DNA of 64,000 nucleotides from Treponemataceae bacterium (lineage in GTDB: Bacteria > Spirochaetota > Spirochaetia > Treponematales > Rectinemataceae): NCBI GenBank assembly GCA_963678065.2, contig CAXXVZ010000003.1, positions 1,920,001 through 1,984,000 of the forward strand, read 5' to 3'. Position 1 is the stretch's first letter, and each line of letters opens with the position of its first letter. Below are positions 18,223-28,151 of the stretch, in pieces. Below the pieces are notes generated by a model. That model was not told the DNA's origin, made no database searches, and was given only the letters and a program-made list of their open reading frames with translations. Both the position numbers and the translations under genes were made by a program.

Positions 18223-18309
18223 AAGGCGGCAACCAAGGCGCCACTGCATTCTTCCATCTCAGCCCTCGCGTCCTACTGCGGCGTCGGACACCGCACGGAG
18301 AGGTTCTAG
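18067..18309 (+). pseudogene. Second integrase N-terminal remnant
   Basis: MATEPKSAGEFFSFTLFKRPGKDGKVIIYAPLIEK...QRSTGTDDER; similarity to copy 1 ends near 18222. Confidence 0.55.
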
Positions 18310-18476
18310 CCATGGCCAAGCTCACTATGACCACCAAGCGCGAGAAGGCCAACGGCTTCGATTCTTCCAATCACCCGCGCGATACCAGACATTCGCGCTC
18401 CTAAGTGTCGGTTTCCCGATATATGATAACGAACTGTCTGTTGTTTATTCACGACATAATATTTACATTCCTATCT

Positions 18477-18785
18477 ATGGAAAAACGACACGGCGCTCGA
18501 TTGAGTGGCGAGGAGGAGCTATGCCGACATCTGGGGCCATTCCCTATCGGGGCAAAGACCATGGCAGCTTCGAGGAAGAATGGGGTATCCATAAGGGTTG
18601 CTCGGAATCGTTATGTGGTCAAGCCGCTCATGGAAGGTCAGATGAATCTGGGTTATTACGAATTGTTGGCCGGTATCTGGGACGAAGCCGAAAAGCAGGT
18701 TGGGCTCTGCTTCGTCGAACTTTTACCTGGCGTCTACAACGAAAAGTTTCCGGATACGGTGTTCAAAAGGGGAGCAAAGGAATGA
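18477..18785 (+). pseudogene. Probable C-terminal gene fragment coupled to the SDR
   Basis: Protein-like end (NLGYYELLAGIWDEAEKQVGLCFVELLPG); stop overlaps SDR ATG (ATGA); no convincing start. Confidence 0.35.
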
Positions 18786-19609
18786 AGGCCGTCTTTTTCA
18801 CCGGCGCGACCGGAGGCCTCGGCGAATCCTGCGTCCGGGAGCTCGCCCAACGCGGATGGACAGTGTTCGCGGCCGGAACCAACGAAGGAAAACTGAGGGA
18901 GCTTGCCGTCAATCCGAACATAATCCCTATCAGGATGGATGTTGCGGACCTCGACAGCATAAAGGCCGCGCACGAGGTGGTGCTGAGCCGCACGGACAGA
19001 CTGGACGCCCTCGTCAATTTCGCGGGACTCACCGCGTTCACTTCGATGGTCGAGGGCGAAGCGATAGCAATGACGGAACGCTTGCTCGATGTGAACGTCA
19101 TGGGACCGGTGCGCGTCAACTATGTCTTCTTCGATATGATCGAAAAAGGCCATGGCAGGATCGTCAACTGTTCGTCCTCCGCCGGCTGGATGAAGGCGCA
19201 GCCCTTCGCGGGGCCCTATGTCCTGTCCAAATGGGCGCTCGAGGGTTACAACGACAGCCTTAGGCGGGAACTGATGTACCTCGACATCCCCGTCATAAAG
19301 ATACAGCCTGGTTCCTTCAGGACGAAGATTTCAGGGGTAGTAATGGAAGGTTTCGACCGGGCGCTCGCCGGGACGAAGCGCTACCGGTACGTGCTCAACA
19401 AGATGAAGCCGCTGATGGATGCGATACTGAGACGTTCAGGCGATCCTCAAAAACTCGCGATGGTCGTCGTGAAAGCGCTGGAAGCGAAAAGACCGCGACT
19501 TCAGTATCGCAAAGCCTCGGGCCTTCTTTCCTTGCTGGAAATCTTGCCCGAAAGAGGAGTCGATGGCGTGTACAAATTGTTCGGCAAGAAGAGGCGCAAA
19601 AATGGCTGA
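18782..19609 (+). CDS. SDR family oxidoreductase
   Basis: TGATGGLG, NFAG, NCSS, YVLSK; SD upstream. Confidence 0.93.
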   Translation: MKAVFFTGATGGLGESCVRELAQRGWTVFAAGTNEGKLRELAVNPNIIPIRMDVADLDSIKAAHEVVLSRTDRLDALVNFAGLTAFTSMVEGEAIAMTERLLDVNVMGPVRVNYVFFDMIEKGHGRIVNCSSSAGWMKAQPFAGPYVLSKWALEGYNDSLRRELMYLDIPVIKIQPGSFRTKISGVVMEGFDRALAGTKRYRYVLNKMKPLMDAILRRSGDPQKLAMVVVKALEAKRPRLQYRKASGLLSLLEILPERGVDGVYKLFGKKRRKNG

Positions 19610-19745
19610 GTTGTGTCTCCTGACGGGGGCGTCCGGAAACCTGGGCTCCAGCATATCCCGAAGGTTTTTCGCCGTGCCGGAGGGCTGCGCGCAAATCCAC
19701 CCGATCCGGCCTATCCAGCCGTAGGTCCGATATGGAGTGAGGAAG

Positions 19746-20621
19746 TCAGTCTTCCTCCTTTCTGTACGCTTTCCCGCCAGCCGACGGCGAACGCGTCCTT
19801 CCGACAAAGCCTGCGAGGACGATGACTGCGAGGACGTAGGGAATCATCTGGACGAACTGGGTAGGAATTGGAATGCTCGCACCGAAAAAGAACCGGATTG
19901 TGTCGGAGAAGCCGAAGAGCATCGAGGCGGCGACGGCGCCGATCGGATTCCATCTTCCGAAGACCATCGCCGCGATGGCGATGAAGCCGCGGCCGCCTGT
20001 CATGCCTGAGACCCACTGGCGAGGATACAGCACCGCGGCGGACAGACCGCACATCACACCCGAGAGAATGACGCCGGCGTATCGCATGAACACCACGTTT
20101 ATTCCCAGCGTATCCGCGGCCCCGGGGTTTTCGCCCACCGATCTCAGGCGGAGTCCGAATACCGTGCGGTACAGGATGAACCATACGAGAGCTGTGATCG
20201 GCAAGAGAAGCAGCCCGAAGGTGTTTATTCCATGCCATGTGGGAAAAGAAAATGGATTCATGGGGGACTGAGTCTCCTGCCCGAATAGGTACTGTGACAG
20301 GAACCTGGATATGCCCAGCGCGAATATGTTGATGGCGGTGCCGGAGATGATCTGGTTGACCTTGTAGGTGATAGTCACTACGCCATGTATGGCAGCGACT
20401 AGGGCGCCGAGGATGATCGCGAGGAGCAGGCCGGCTCCTATACTTCCGGAAAGCAGCGAACCCCAGACGATCCCGAAGGACGTCACGATCATGATACCCT
20501 CGAGCGCGATGTTGAAGACACCCGCTTTCTCCGTAAAAATCGCGCCCAGCGCGGCGAAGGCGATCGGCGCGGAGGTGTCCAGTCCGCGCAGAATGAATTC
20601 GAAGACCGCTGACGAATCCAT
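19746..20621 (-). CDS. Nucleoside/sugar ABC permease
   Basis: EKAGVFNIALEG, GLRLRSVGENP, GRGFIAIAA. Confidence 0.93.
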   Translation of the reverse strand: MDSSAVFEFILRGLDTSAPIAFAALGAIFTEKAGVFNIALEGIMIVTSFGIVWGSLLSGSIGAGLLLAIILGALVAAIHGVVTITYKVNQIISGTAINIFALGISRFLSQYLFGQETQSPMNPFSFPTWHGINTFGLLLLPITALVWFILYRTVFGLRLRSVGENPGAADTLGINVVFMRYAGVILSGVMCGLSAAVLYPRQWVSGMTGGRGFIAIAAMVFGRWNPIGAVAASMLFGFSDTIRFFFGASIPIPTQFVQMIPYVLAVIVLAGFVGRTRSPSAGGKAYRKEED

Positions 20622-21716
20622 CTATGCCGCCTCCCTTTTGAGCTTGTTGCGAATATATCCGCCCATGAGTTCGTTGCTGACGACGATTATTATGATCATC
20701 AGGCCGGTGACGACATCTATGACGGAATTCGGAACCAGAGTGTAGAGTTGCAAGCCATAGCCGGCTTGTTTGAGGAAGGCGAAGAGCAGCGCCGAGAAGA
20801 CTATCCCGACCGGCGAATTCCCCCCTAAGAGAGATACAGCGATTCCGTTGAGCCCCAATCCAGACGCCAGCGCGTAGGTGTACACCCCGCGGATCGCGAA
20901 TATCTCCTGAAGACCGATGAGACCCGCGAGCGCCCCCGATGCAAGAATGACGCCTATCTGGATTTTTTTGACTCTGATCCCGGTGTACATGGAGACATTG
21001 AGGCTCGTCCCGACCGCTCGAATGTCGAAACCCACGCGGAGGCGGAAAAGCAGAAACCAGACCACGATACCCGCGATCGCCGCGATTATCAGGCTGTAGT
21101 CGAGATAGACATTGTCCGGAACATTCCAGCCGATTGCGCGGAATACGGGATTGAGCTTATGGAACATCGCCGTCGATCTGATCGGTTTCGTCTGAGCCTC
21201 GAGGCTTGTCGTTCCGACTAGCCCGGAGAATGGCCCGTTCACCAGGTAGTTGACGAGGATGAGCGCAATATTGTTAAACATGATCGTAGTGATGACTTCG
21301 TGGATACCCTTCGTCGCCTTCATGATCGCCGGGACAAAGGACCACATCGCTCCGCCGAGCATCGCGCAGAGGACGACGACAGGCACATGAATCCACGCGG
21401 GGAGATTGAGGTATATTCCAGCCAGCGCGCCGGTGAAGCCGCCTATGAAATACTGTCCCTCGACGCCGATGTTGAAAACGCCGGCGCGGAACCCGAAAGC
21501 AACCGCGATGCCCGCGAGATAGAGGGGAATCGCGGTCGACAGAATGTTTGCTACGCGCGATGTCCTGGAAAAAGTCATCTTCCAGATAGCCTCGACGGCG
21601 TTGCCAGGACTCTCGCCGATGAGCACTACGATGACGAGAAGCATCGCCATCGATGCCAGGAAGCTGACAAAAGGGATCGCCAGCTTCAAAATCGAGTATT
21701 TGTTCATTCGCGGCAT
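20622..21716 (-). CDS. Nucleoside/sugar ABC permease
   Basis: FRAGVFNIGVEGQ, HEVITTIMFN. Confidence 0.93.
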   Translation of the reverse strand: MPRMNKYSILKLAIPFVSFLASMAMLLVIVVLIGESPGNAVEAIWKMTFSRTSRVANILSTAIPLYLAGIAVAFGFRAGVFNIGVEGQYFIGGFTGALAGIYLNLPAWIHVPVVVLCAMLGGAMWSFVPAIMKATKGIHEVITTIMFNNIALILVNYLVNGPFSGLVGTTSLEAQTKPIRSTAMFHKLNPVFRAIGWNVPDNVYLDYSLIIAAIAGIVVWFLLFRLRVGFDIRAVGTSLNVSMYTGIRVKKIQIGVILASGALAGLIGLQEIFAIRGVYTYALASGLGLNGIAVSLLGGNSPVGIVFSALLFAFLKQAGYGLQLYTLVPNSVIDVVTGLMIIIIVVSNELMGGYIRNKLKREAA

Positions 21717-23290
21717 TCATTGTCCCCCATCATGTAGAAGCCCACTTCTTCTTTCGTCGTGGCGGTACGGTCGAATTCTTTTACGAGACGGCCCTTGTAC
21801 ATGACGCCGATGCGATCCGAGAGGGACATGATCTCATCGAGGTCGGCCGATACGAGTAAGACTGCGGTCCCGGCGGTTTTGGCCAGGATCAATTGATTGT
21901 AGATGAATTCGGTCGCGCCGATATCGACGCCTCGCGTGGGTTGATTCGCGAGGAGGAGTCGCGGTTTAGAGTTCAGTTCGCGCGCGATGATGACCTTCTG
22001 CTGGTTTCCGCCCGAAAGGGCGTGGGCTGGCAGACTCACATCGTGCGGGCGGATGTCGAACTCGTCGATAAGCTTCTTCGCGTTGACCATTATCTGTTTG
22101 CTGTTCTGTATCCCGGCGCCGTTCACGTATGGCTTCTTGTGGTGCACGCCCAGCATGAGATTGTCCGAAAGCGGATAGGACAGGAATACTCCGTACTTGC
22201 GCCTGTCTTCCGGAATATGCGACATGCCGACGTCCCTTCGTCTGCGCACGTCGAGATCGACGATGTTTTTTCCATCCAGGAAAATGCTTCCGCTGAGCCT
22301 GTCCGCGCCGTAGGCGATGGCGTTCACGAGTTCGGATTGTCCGTTGCCTTCGACGCCGGCGATCCCGTAAATTTCTCCTTCGTGAACTTCGAGAGATATG
22401 CCGTGGAGTATTCTGTTCCTGACGCTATTGACCAGCGACAGACCTGATATCTCGAGGACAGTCTTTCCTGCGGATAGCCGCGGATTCTGTACATTCAGAA
22501 GGACTGGCCTGCCGACCATCATCTGGGCGATCATGGCTTTGGTAGCCCCGCTTCTTTGCAGAGTCTCGACGACCTTCCCCCTGCGGATGACTGTAATGCG
22601 GTCTGCGATGTCCAGCACTTCGTCGAGCTTGTGGCTTATAAAAATTATACTTTTCCCCTGACTGCACAGGAGGCGGAAGATTTTGAATAATTCCGCTGTC
22701 TCCTGTGGCGTCAGAACGGAGGTTGGCTCGTCGAATATCAGAATTTCCGCGCCCCGGTAGAGAGTTTTGAGGATTTCCACGCGCTGTTGCAGGCCCACGG
22801 GGAGCTCCTCCACAATCTGACCGGAATTCACGCACAAGTTGTTGCCGTCGATGAGTTCCTGAACGACTTCTCTGTCTTTTTTGTAATCCAGGATTCCGAA
22901 CCGCGATGTCTCCGCGCCGAGAATTATGTTCTCCAGCACGCTGAATGTCGGCACGAGCATGAAATGCTGATGCACCATCCCAATTCCATTGGCTATGGCT
23001 TCTCTGGGGCCCTTGATGTTTACGCGGTCCCCCCGGATGGATATATTCCCCCTGTCGGGAGAGTACAGTCCGTAGAGGATTTTCATGAGCGTGCTTTTTC
23101 CGGCTCCGTTTTCGCCTACCAGCGCCAGTATTTCACCCTCATATAGTTCGAGGTCGATATCGCTGTTGGCGACGACTCCGGCGAATTCTTTGGTAATGCC
23201 TTCCATTCTCAGGACTGCGGAGGTTGCCGTTGTCCGTTTCGACGCATGAACTGTCGGGGAATTCATATCTTTTGCAGAGGCCCCAGGCAT
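21704..23290 (-). CDS. ABC ATP-binding protein (two NBDs, CUT2/nucleoside type)
   Basis: GENGAGKST, GMVHQHFML, LSGGNQQK, QPTRGVD. Confidence 0.95.
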   Translation of the reverse strand: MPGASAKDMNSPTVHASKRTTATSAVLRMEGITKEFAGVVANSDIDLELYEGEILALVGENGAGKSTLMKILYGLYSPDRGNISIRGDRVNIKGPREAIANGIGMVHQHFMLVPTFSVLENIILGAETSRFGILDYKKDREVVQELIDGNNLCVNSGQIVEELPVGLQQRVEILKTLYRGAEILIFDEPTSVLTPQETAELFKIFRLLCSQGKSIIFISHKLDEVLDIADRITVIRRGKVVETLQRSGATKAMIAQMMVGRPVLLNVQNPRLSAGKTVLEISGLSLVNSVRNRILHGISLEVHEGEIYGIAGVEGNGQSELVNAIAYGADRLSGSIFLDGKNIVDLDVRRRRDVGMSHIPEDRRKYGVFLSYPLSDNLMLGVHHKKPYVNGAGIQNSKQIMVNAKKLIDEFDIRPHDVSLPAHALSGGNQQKVIIARELNSKPRLLLANQPTRGVDIGATEFIYNQLILAKTAGTAVLLVSADLDEIMSLSDRIGVMYKGRLVKEFDRTATTKEEVGFYMMGDNECRE

Positions 23291-23314
23291 CGTTCTCTCC
23301 TCATTATGAATAGA

Positions 23315-24457
23315 TCATTTCAACGCGTTTACGAATGCGGCCGTATCGGCGTCGTTGGATGGAACGACGATCTGCCCGGCGACGATCTTCGATTTGAGCG
23401 CTTCGATCTTCGCGGCGTAGGGGGAAAGCTTCGCCTGATTGAATTCGTTCACCGCAAGACCAACGCCATTGTCGGACAGACCAAATACTTTGTAGCCGCC
23501 TTTGACCCTGCCCTGTTCGATGAGATTCCTGGACAACACGAAGATGGATTGGTCCACACGCTTCAGCATCGAAGTGAGGATGTATTTCCCGACTTCCTTG
23601 GCGGTCGTATCTTTGTCGTTCGTCATATAGCTGTAGCCCTGATCGGTATCCACGCCTATGGCTTCTTTGCCGTAATACTTTGCCGCTTCGAAAAGCCCCG
23701 CCCCCGATCCGCCCGAGGCATGAAAGACTATTTCCGCGCCGGAATTGTACTGGGCGCTGGCGATCGCGGAAGCGGTCTTGGGATCGCGGAACGCTGTGGT
23801 ATCCTTCCCGACATACTGTGGAATTATCATGCCGGGTTTTCTCAGTCTGGAATTGACATATGTCGCGCCCGCGATGAATCCTGACTGGAATTTATGGACG
23901 AGGGGATTGTCCATTCCTCCCAAAAATCCCAATTTTGCGGCCGGCTTGTCGGATATCATAAGGCCGCATAACGCGCCGATGAGGAACGATCCTTCATGTT
24001 CGGCGAAGCTGATGCACGTGAGATTGGAGTCTTCGTTGAGACCCGCCACGGTACCGTCGATCAGTGCGAAATTCGTTTTCGGGAAATCCTTCGCGACCTT
24101 CTCTATGGAGCCCGTGAACGCGAAGCCGATCCCGAATACAAGGTTGTAGCCATCTTCCGCGAGCACGCGGAGAAGCTGTTCGCGGTCCTGGCCGCCTTGT
24201 TTGGGTTCGAGATACTTGAGCTCGATTTCCGTTCCGGAATTCACCTTGTCCGGATCACCCTTGATGTAGCCTTTGTAAGCCTGCGCCACAAGTTTCAGGC
24301 CGTTGTATGCGCCATCGTTGTACGACTTGTCACCTCTGCCCGCAATATCGAAGACGATGCCAATCCTGTATTTAGGCGGCTGCGCGCCTATCGCGGCGGG
24401 GATGCTCGCGAGAAAGACCAGAGAAATGGCGATCGCGATCATGACATTCTTCTTCAT
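23315..24457 (-). CDS. BMP-family (PnrA-like) nucleoside-binding protein
   Basis: GRGDKSYND, FAEHEGSFL, AIGVDTDQ, TSMLKRVD. Confidence 0.93.
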   Translation of the reverse strand: MKKNVMIAIAISLVFLASIPAAIGAQPPKYRIGIVFDIAGRGDKSYNDGAYNGLKLVAQAYKGYIKGDPDKVNSGTEIELKYLEPKQGGQDREQLLRVLAEDGYNLVFGIGFAFTGSIEKVAKDFPKTNFALIDGTVAGLNEDSNLTCISFAEHEGSFLIGALCGLMISDKPAAKLGFLGGMDNPLVHKFQSGFIAGATYVNSRLRKPGMIIPQYVGKDTTAFRDPKTASAIASAQYNSGAEIVFHASGGSGAGLFEAAKYYGKEAIGVDTDQGYSYMTNDKDTTAKEVGKYILTSMLKRVDQSIFVLSRNLIEQGRVKGGYKVFGLSDNGVGLAVNEFNQAKLSPYAAKIEALKSKIVAGQIVVPSNDADTAAFVNALK

Positions 24458-24594
24458 CGTAAGTCTCCTTTTTCCAGTTCTCTTTGAAAGATGGAAAACT
24501 CGGCAGAACGAAACGAGAATATGATCGAGCTATGAGGTATCCATAACTTTCCTCCTTATAGGGCCTGCAGCGATTTCGGCTGGCCAGATATATT

Positions 24595-25545
24595 TCAGAC
24601 GTTCATTCTGCCTACTCTTTGGCCGAAGAGCGTCAAGACCGAATCGCCCGAGACCTCCACGCAGACGCTTGCGACGCTGGAATCGCTCCAATAATGCTTG
24701 TCATCGCGGATAGTCATGCCCGCGGCGCTCGCCTCGGTCTGAACATGGATGGGTATTTTTTCCACCCTGAACAATCCTGGCTCGATGAGATATGCGATAA
24801 GTGTGGCGTCGTGGCAGTAGACCGAGTCGAGCATGCCGTGGTGCGAGGCGTACGCGCGTTGATAGAACGGTATGGTCTTCGCGATGAAATCCGTCGCCTT
24901 GTTCTTTTTCGAGCATAGTCGCTCCACGTAGGCGGCGGTCATTTCGATTCTGGTAGTGACATTCAACCCGACCAGCTCGACGTTCCATGACGCGCCGCAC
25001 ACGATTTTCGCGGATTCCGGGTCGTTGAAAAAATTTGCCTCGGCGATTGGCGTGGCGTTTCCGGGAATGGCGATGGCGCCGCCGAGCAAAATTATCCTCT
25101 GGGCGTATTTGGCGATGTCGGGATTGAGTCGCAGAGCGAGCGCGAGGTTCGTGACCGGTCCAAGACAGGCTACCGTGATCTCTCCAGGCTCCGCCATGAT
25201 CCGTTCGGCGATGAACTGGGCGGCTGGAATGGACGACGCGGTGGCATACGGTCTAGGCAACTGATCGGCTACGCCCCCCAATCCATCATCCCCGTGAAAC
25301 GCGCCGCTTCTTGGAGCGAGTGCGCGGGCGATCGGGCTGCCGCTTCCTTCGTAGACCTGGATGTCATGTCGGCCTGCCGCCGCGAGCACTGCCAGAATAT
25401 TCCTCGTCGAGTTTTTTACGTATGTGTTGCCGAATACGCTCGTAATCCCGAGGATGTCGAGTTCCTCCGACTCGAGGGCGAAGAAGAGAGCCATAGCATC
25501 ATCGATCCCGGCATCCGTATCGATGATCACCTTTTCTCGTTTCAT
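24595..25545 (-). CDS. Inosine/uridine-preferring nucleoside hydrolase
   Basis: IIDTDAGIDDA, HGDDGLG, LGPVTNLA, AEANFFNDP, HDA. Confidence 0.94.
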   Translation of the reverse strand: MKREKVIIDTDAGIDDAMALFFALESEELDILGITSVFGNTYVKNSTRNILAVLAAAGRHDIQVYEGSGSPIARALAPRSGAFHGDDGLGGVADQLPRPYATASSIPAAQFIAERIMAEPGEITVACLGPVTNLALALRLNPDIAKYAQRIILLGGAIAIPGNATPIAEANFFNDPESAKIVCGASWNVELVGLNVTTRIEMTAAYVERLCSKKNKATDFIAKTIPFYQRAYASHHGMLDSVYCHDATLIAYLIEPGLFRVEKIPIHVQTEASAAGMTIRDDKHYWSDSSVASVCVEVSGDSVLTLFGQRVGRMNV

Positions 25546-26915
25546 CTCCCTTCCTCGAGTGTGAATAGACCTGCATCGGTCAATCGCCTCTGAAGGCGCT
25601 TTACGTCGAGCCGACGCGGGGCTATTCCTTCCTGAACCGACATGGCGGCGGCGGTGCCGGCCGCCTGCCCCATCTGCATGCATATGGGAATGTTGATCCC
25701 CGGAATGCGCGCGTCTTTGGCGGTGGAAAAGCATCTTCCGGCGACGATGAGATTGTCGATGTCGAGAGGGATCAACGATCGGTACGGGATATCGAATTCT
25801 ATGGATTTGATGTGGAGTGTCCGATGATCCAGATTGGCGTGCGCCTTTACGACTACGTCCTCGAATCTCTTGCTGCCGTGGATATCCTCGGCGGAGAGCA
25901 CGTATTCTCCTATGGCCTTTCTGCTTCCCCAGATGGCGAGAGACGATCCCGAATAGACTATGTAGGCTTCTCCAAAGCCTGGAATGTACTTTCTCAGGAA
26001 ATCGAGGAGTATATTGTTCCGTCTCCTCGCTTCCCGCTCCCCCCTCGTCAGGGAAAAGACATCCGTCCCATCGCAGCTGACTGGCGCCCCATATCCGATC
26101 ATCGCGGTTCCTCTCTCGGGGAATATGCCGTCTATCCGCAGATAGCGGCGTTTCCCCTCCAGCGTACCCTCTGTCTCCAGCAAATTGTCGGGAACGCACA
26201 TCATGTCGTCTTCGAGATCGCCATTCACCATCGCCCGCTCCACGAGGTCGAAGAACCCCGCCATGCGAATCAGCGGCTTCGATAGGTCGGTCTCGCATAT
26301 CTGCGTCGGATTGGCCTTCATGTATCCTATGAGCTTTTCCATGTCGATATTCGCGACCCGCGCCCCGAGAATTCCTCCGACGGGAACGTTGATATATGGA
26401 GCCCCGGAGAGGGCGATTATGTCGGCGTCCCCCGTGGTGTCTATGACGATCCTGGCATGTACCCTGAAGATTCCCGACTTGTTGGCGATTATCAAACCGA
26501 CTATCTTCTTCGCGTCCACGATCGCGTCTATTACGTTCGTATAGAGGAGCACCTGGACTCCAGAATCGAATACTTTTTCCAAAGCGAGTTCTTTGAAGGT
26601 CTCGGGGTTGAAAGGAAAGGCTACATCGGGCTCGCCCAAGTCCGTCGCCTCGCCCAACCTCACCAAGTCATCAAGAATCTCCTTTTGGATTCCCGTCATG
26701 TATCTATAGCCCCCGCCGCCGAACTGGATGATGAGGCCCGAGGTCATCGTCCCGCCTAAACAATTGCCGCGTTCCACCAGGAGTGTCTTCATCCCGCTCC
26801 TGGCCGCCGCTATCGCCGCGACTATTCCCGCGGTGCCACCTCCCGCGACGACCACGTCGAACTCGAGGTTCTCCATTTTTGCCTCATTCATCGCAGAGCC
26901 CAGTTTAATCGTCAT
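25542..26915 (-). CDS. FAD-dependent oxidoreductase
   Basis: DVVVAGGGTAG, IDTTGDADI, IPYRSLIP, AGRCFS, GQAAG; SD AAGGAG. Confidence 0.9.
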   Translation of the reverse strand: MTIKLGSAMNEAKMENLEFDVVVAGGGTAGIVAAIAAARSGMKTLLVERGNCLGGTMTSGLIIQFGGGGYRYMTGIQKEILDDLVRLGEATDLGEPDVAFPFNPETFKELALEKVFDSGVQVLLYTNVIDAIVDAKKIVGLIIANKSGIFRVHARIVIDTTGDADIIALSGAPYINVPVGGILGARVANIDMEKLIGYMKANPTQICETDLSKPLIRMAGFFDLVERAMVNGDLEDDMMCVPDNLLETEGTLEGKRRYLRIDGIFPERGTAMIGYGAPVSCDGTDVFSLTRGEREARRRNNILLDFLRKYIPGFGEAYIVYSGSSLAIWGSRKAIGEYVLSAEDIHGSKRFEDVVVKAHANLDHRTLHIKSIEFDIPYRSLIPLDIDNLIVAGRCFSTAKDARIPGINIPICMQMGQAAGTAAAMSVQEGIAPRRLDVKRLQRRLTDAGLFTLEEGR

Positions 26916-26964
26916 CAAATACTCCTTGCAGTTGTTGGTTTTCAGAGAATCAGCGAAAAGGAAG

Positions 26965-27927
26965 TCACCATGCATAGGCTTCGGGCGCCGGCCCCCCGGG
27001 ACCTGGCCAGATTTCATCGACGCGTTCGAGCTCGTCTTGCTCCAGATGGACACCGACTGAGTCGAGAGAGCTTCTGAAATGGGATACTTTTGACGGTCCG
27101 ATGACTATCGAGGTGACGAGGGGATTGGCGAGCAGCCACGCTTGGGCCACGGACTCTGGAGATCGGCCCTTCTCCGCGCAGAACGAGAACCACCCGTCGA
27201 GTCTGGATTGTCTGTTCCGCCATTTCTCGTTTCCGGGATCATCGTTTCTGTCGTCGCTTGTGGTTCTCTTCGCGAGCGCGCCCCCATTGAGAGGGCTCCA
27301 GCAAAGGAAGCCGATGCCGTAATCTTCGCAGGCGGGAAGCAGCTCCAGCTCGACTGTCCTTTCGCAAAGATTGTAGATGCTCTGTTCGGAGACCAATCCC
27401 AGGAAATTGCGCCTTTTGGCGTTTTCGCTAGCCTTGGCGATTTGCCAAGCGGGAAAATTGCTGCTGCCTATATATAGGACTTTTCCATCCTGAACGAGTT
27501 TTTCCATAGCCTGCCAGATTTCGTCCCACGTAGTACCGCGGTCGATATGGTGCATCTGGTAGAGATCTATCCGATCGGTTCGCAGTCTTCGCAGGCTCTC
27601 TTCGCAGGCTCGTATCACGTGGTACGCGGACAATCGGGCATCGTTGGGCCTTGGCCCGGTGACCCCATAAACCTTGGTGGCGAGGATAGCCTTTTCCCTA
27701 TTGCCGGGAGACCGGGCAAACCACCGCCCTATCACCTGCTCCGAAAGGCCTTCGCAGTTCTTTCCGCCATAGACATCTGCCGTGTCGATGAGGTTGACAC
27801 CGCTGTCTACCGCGAGATCCAGGAGCTCATGACTCCCGTTTTCATCCAGCTTTTTCCCGAAATTCATCGTTCCCAGACAGAGTCTGCTTATTTTCAAACC
27901 GGACCTGCCGAGTTTCACATATTCCAT
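26965..27927 (-). CDS. Aldo/keto reductase
   Basis: LCLGTMNFG, DTADVYG, LATKV, DLYQMH, IGSSN, WSPL. Confidence 0.95.
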   Translation of the reverse strand: MEYVKLGRSGLKISRLCLGTMNFGKKLDENGSHELLDLAVDSGVNLIDTADVYGGKNCEGLSEQVIGRWFARSPGNREKAILATKVYGVTGPRPNDARLSAYHVIRACEESLRRLRTDRIDLYQMHHIDRGTTWDEIWQAMEKLVQDGKVLYIGSSNFPAWQIAKASENAKRRNFLGLVSEQSIYNLCERTVELELLPACEDYGIGFLCWSPLNGGALAKRTTSDDRNDDPGNEKWRNRQSRLDGWFSFCAEKGRSPESVAQAWLLANPLVTSIVIGPSKVSHFRSSLDSVGVHLEQDELERVDEIWPGPGGPAPEAYAW

Positions 27928-28151
27928 GGCCTGCCAACCTCTATGTTCTTGGCGTCGCGCCGCATCTCTGTCGAACCGCGATCTTGACGCTATCGTAGGG
28001 CGCCTGTGTCAAAGAAGCGTCATATGAGCGTCTATTGACCGTCGAATATGCAAGAGACAGCATATTTTTGGTCGGCTCTTCCTGGGAAAAACGAATTGTT
28101 GGCGGGGAAGAAGTGGAATACACTGGGCTCCACCTGGGAGGATGCACACAA

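Noticed and set aside
18312..18404. Short ORF MAKLTMTTKRE... after GGAGAGG as a transposase 5' remnant
   Set aside because: Too short to support by eye; needs BLASTx.
18002..18781. 535-aa ORF as an SDR fusion
   Set aside because: The first 260 codons cross the integrase remnant out of frame and look non-coding; the SDR has its own SD and ATG at 18782.
25546..26298. 567-aa version of the nucleoside hydrolase
   Set aside because: The extension overlaps the FAD oxidoreductase in another frame; true start 25545.
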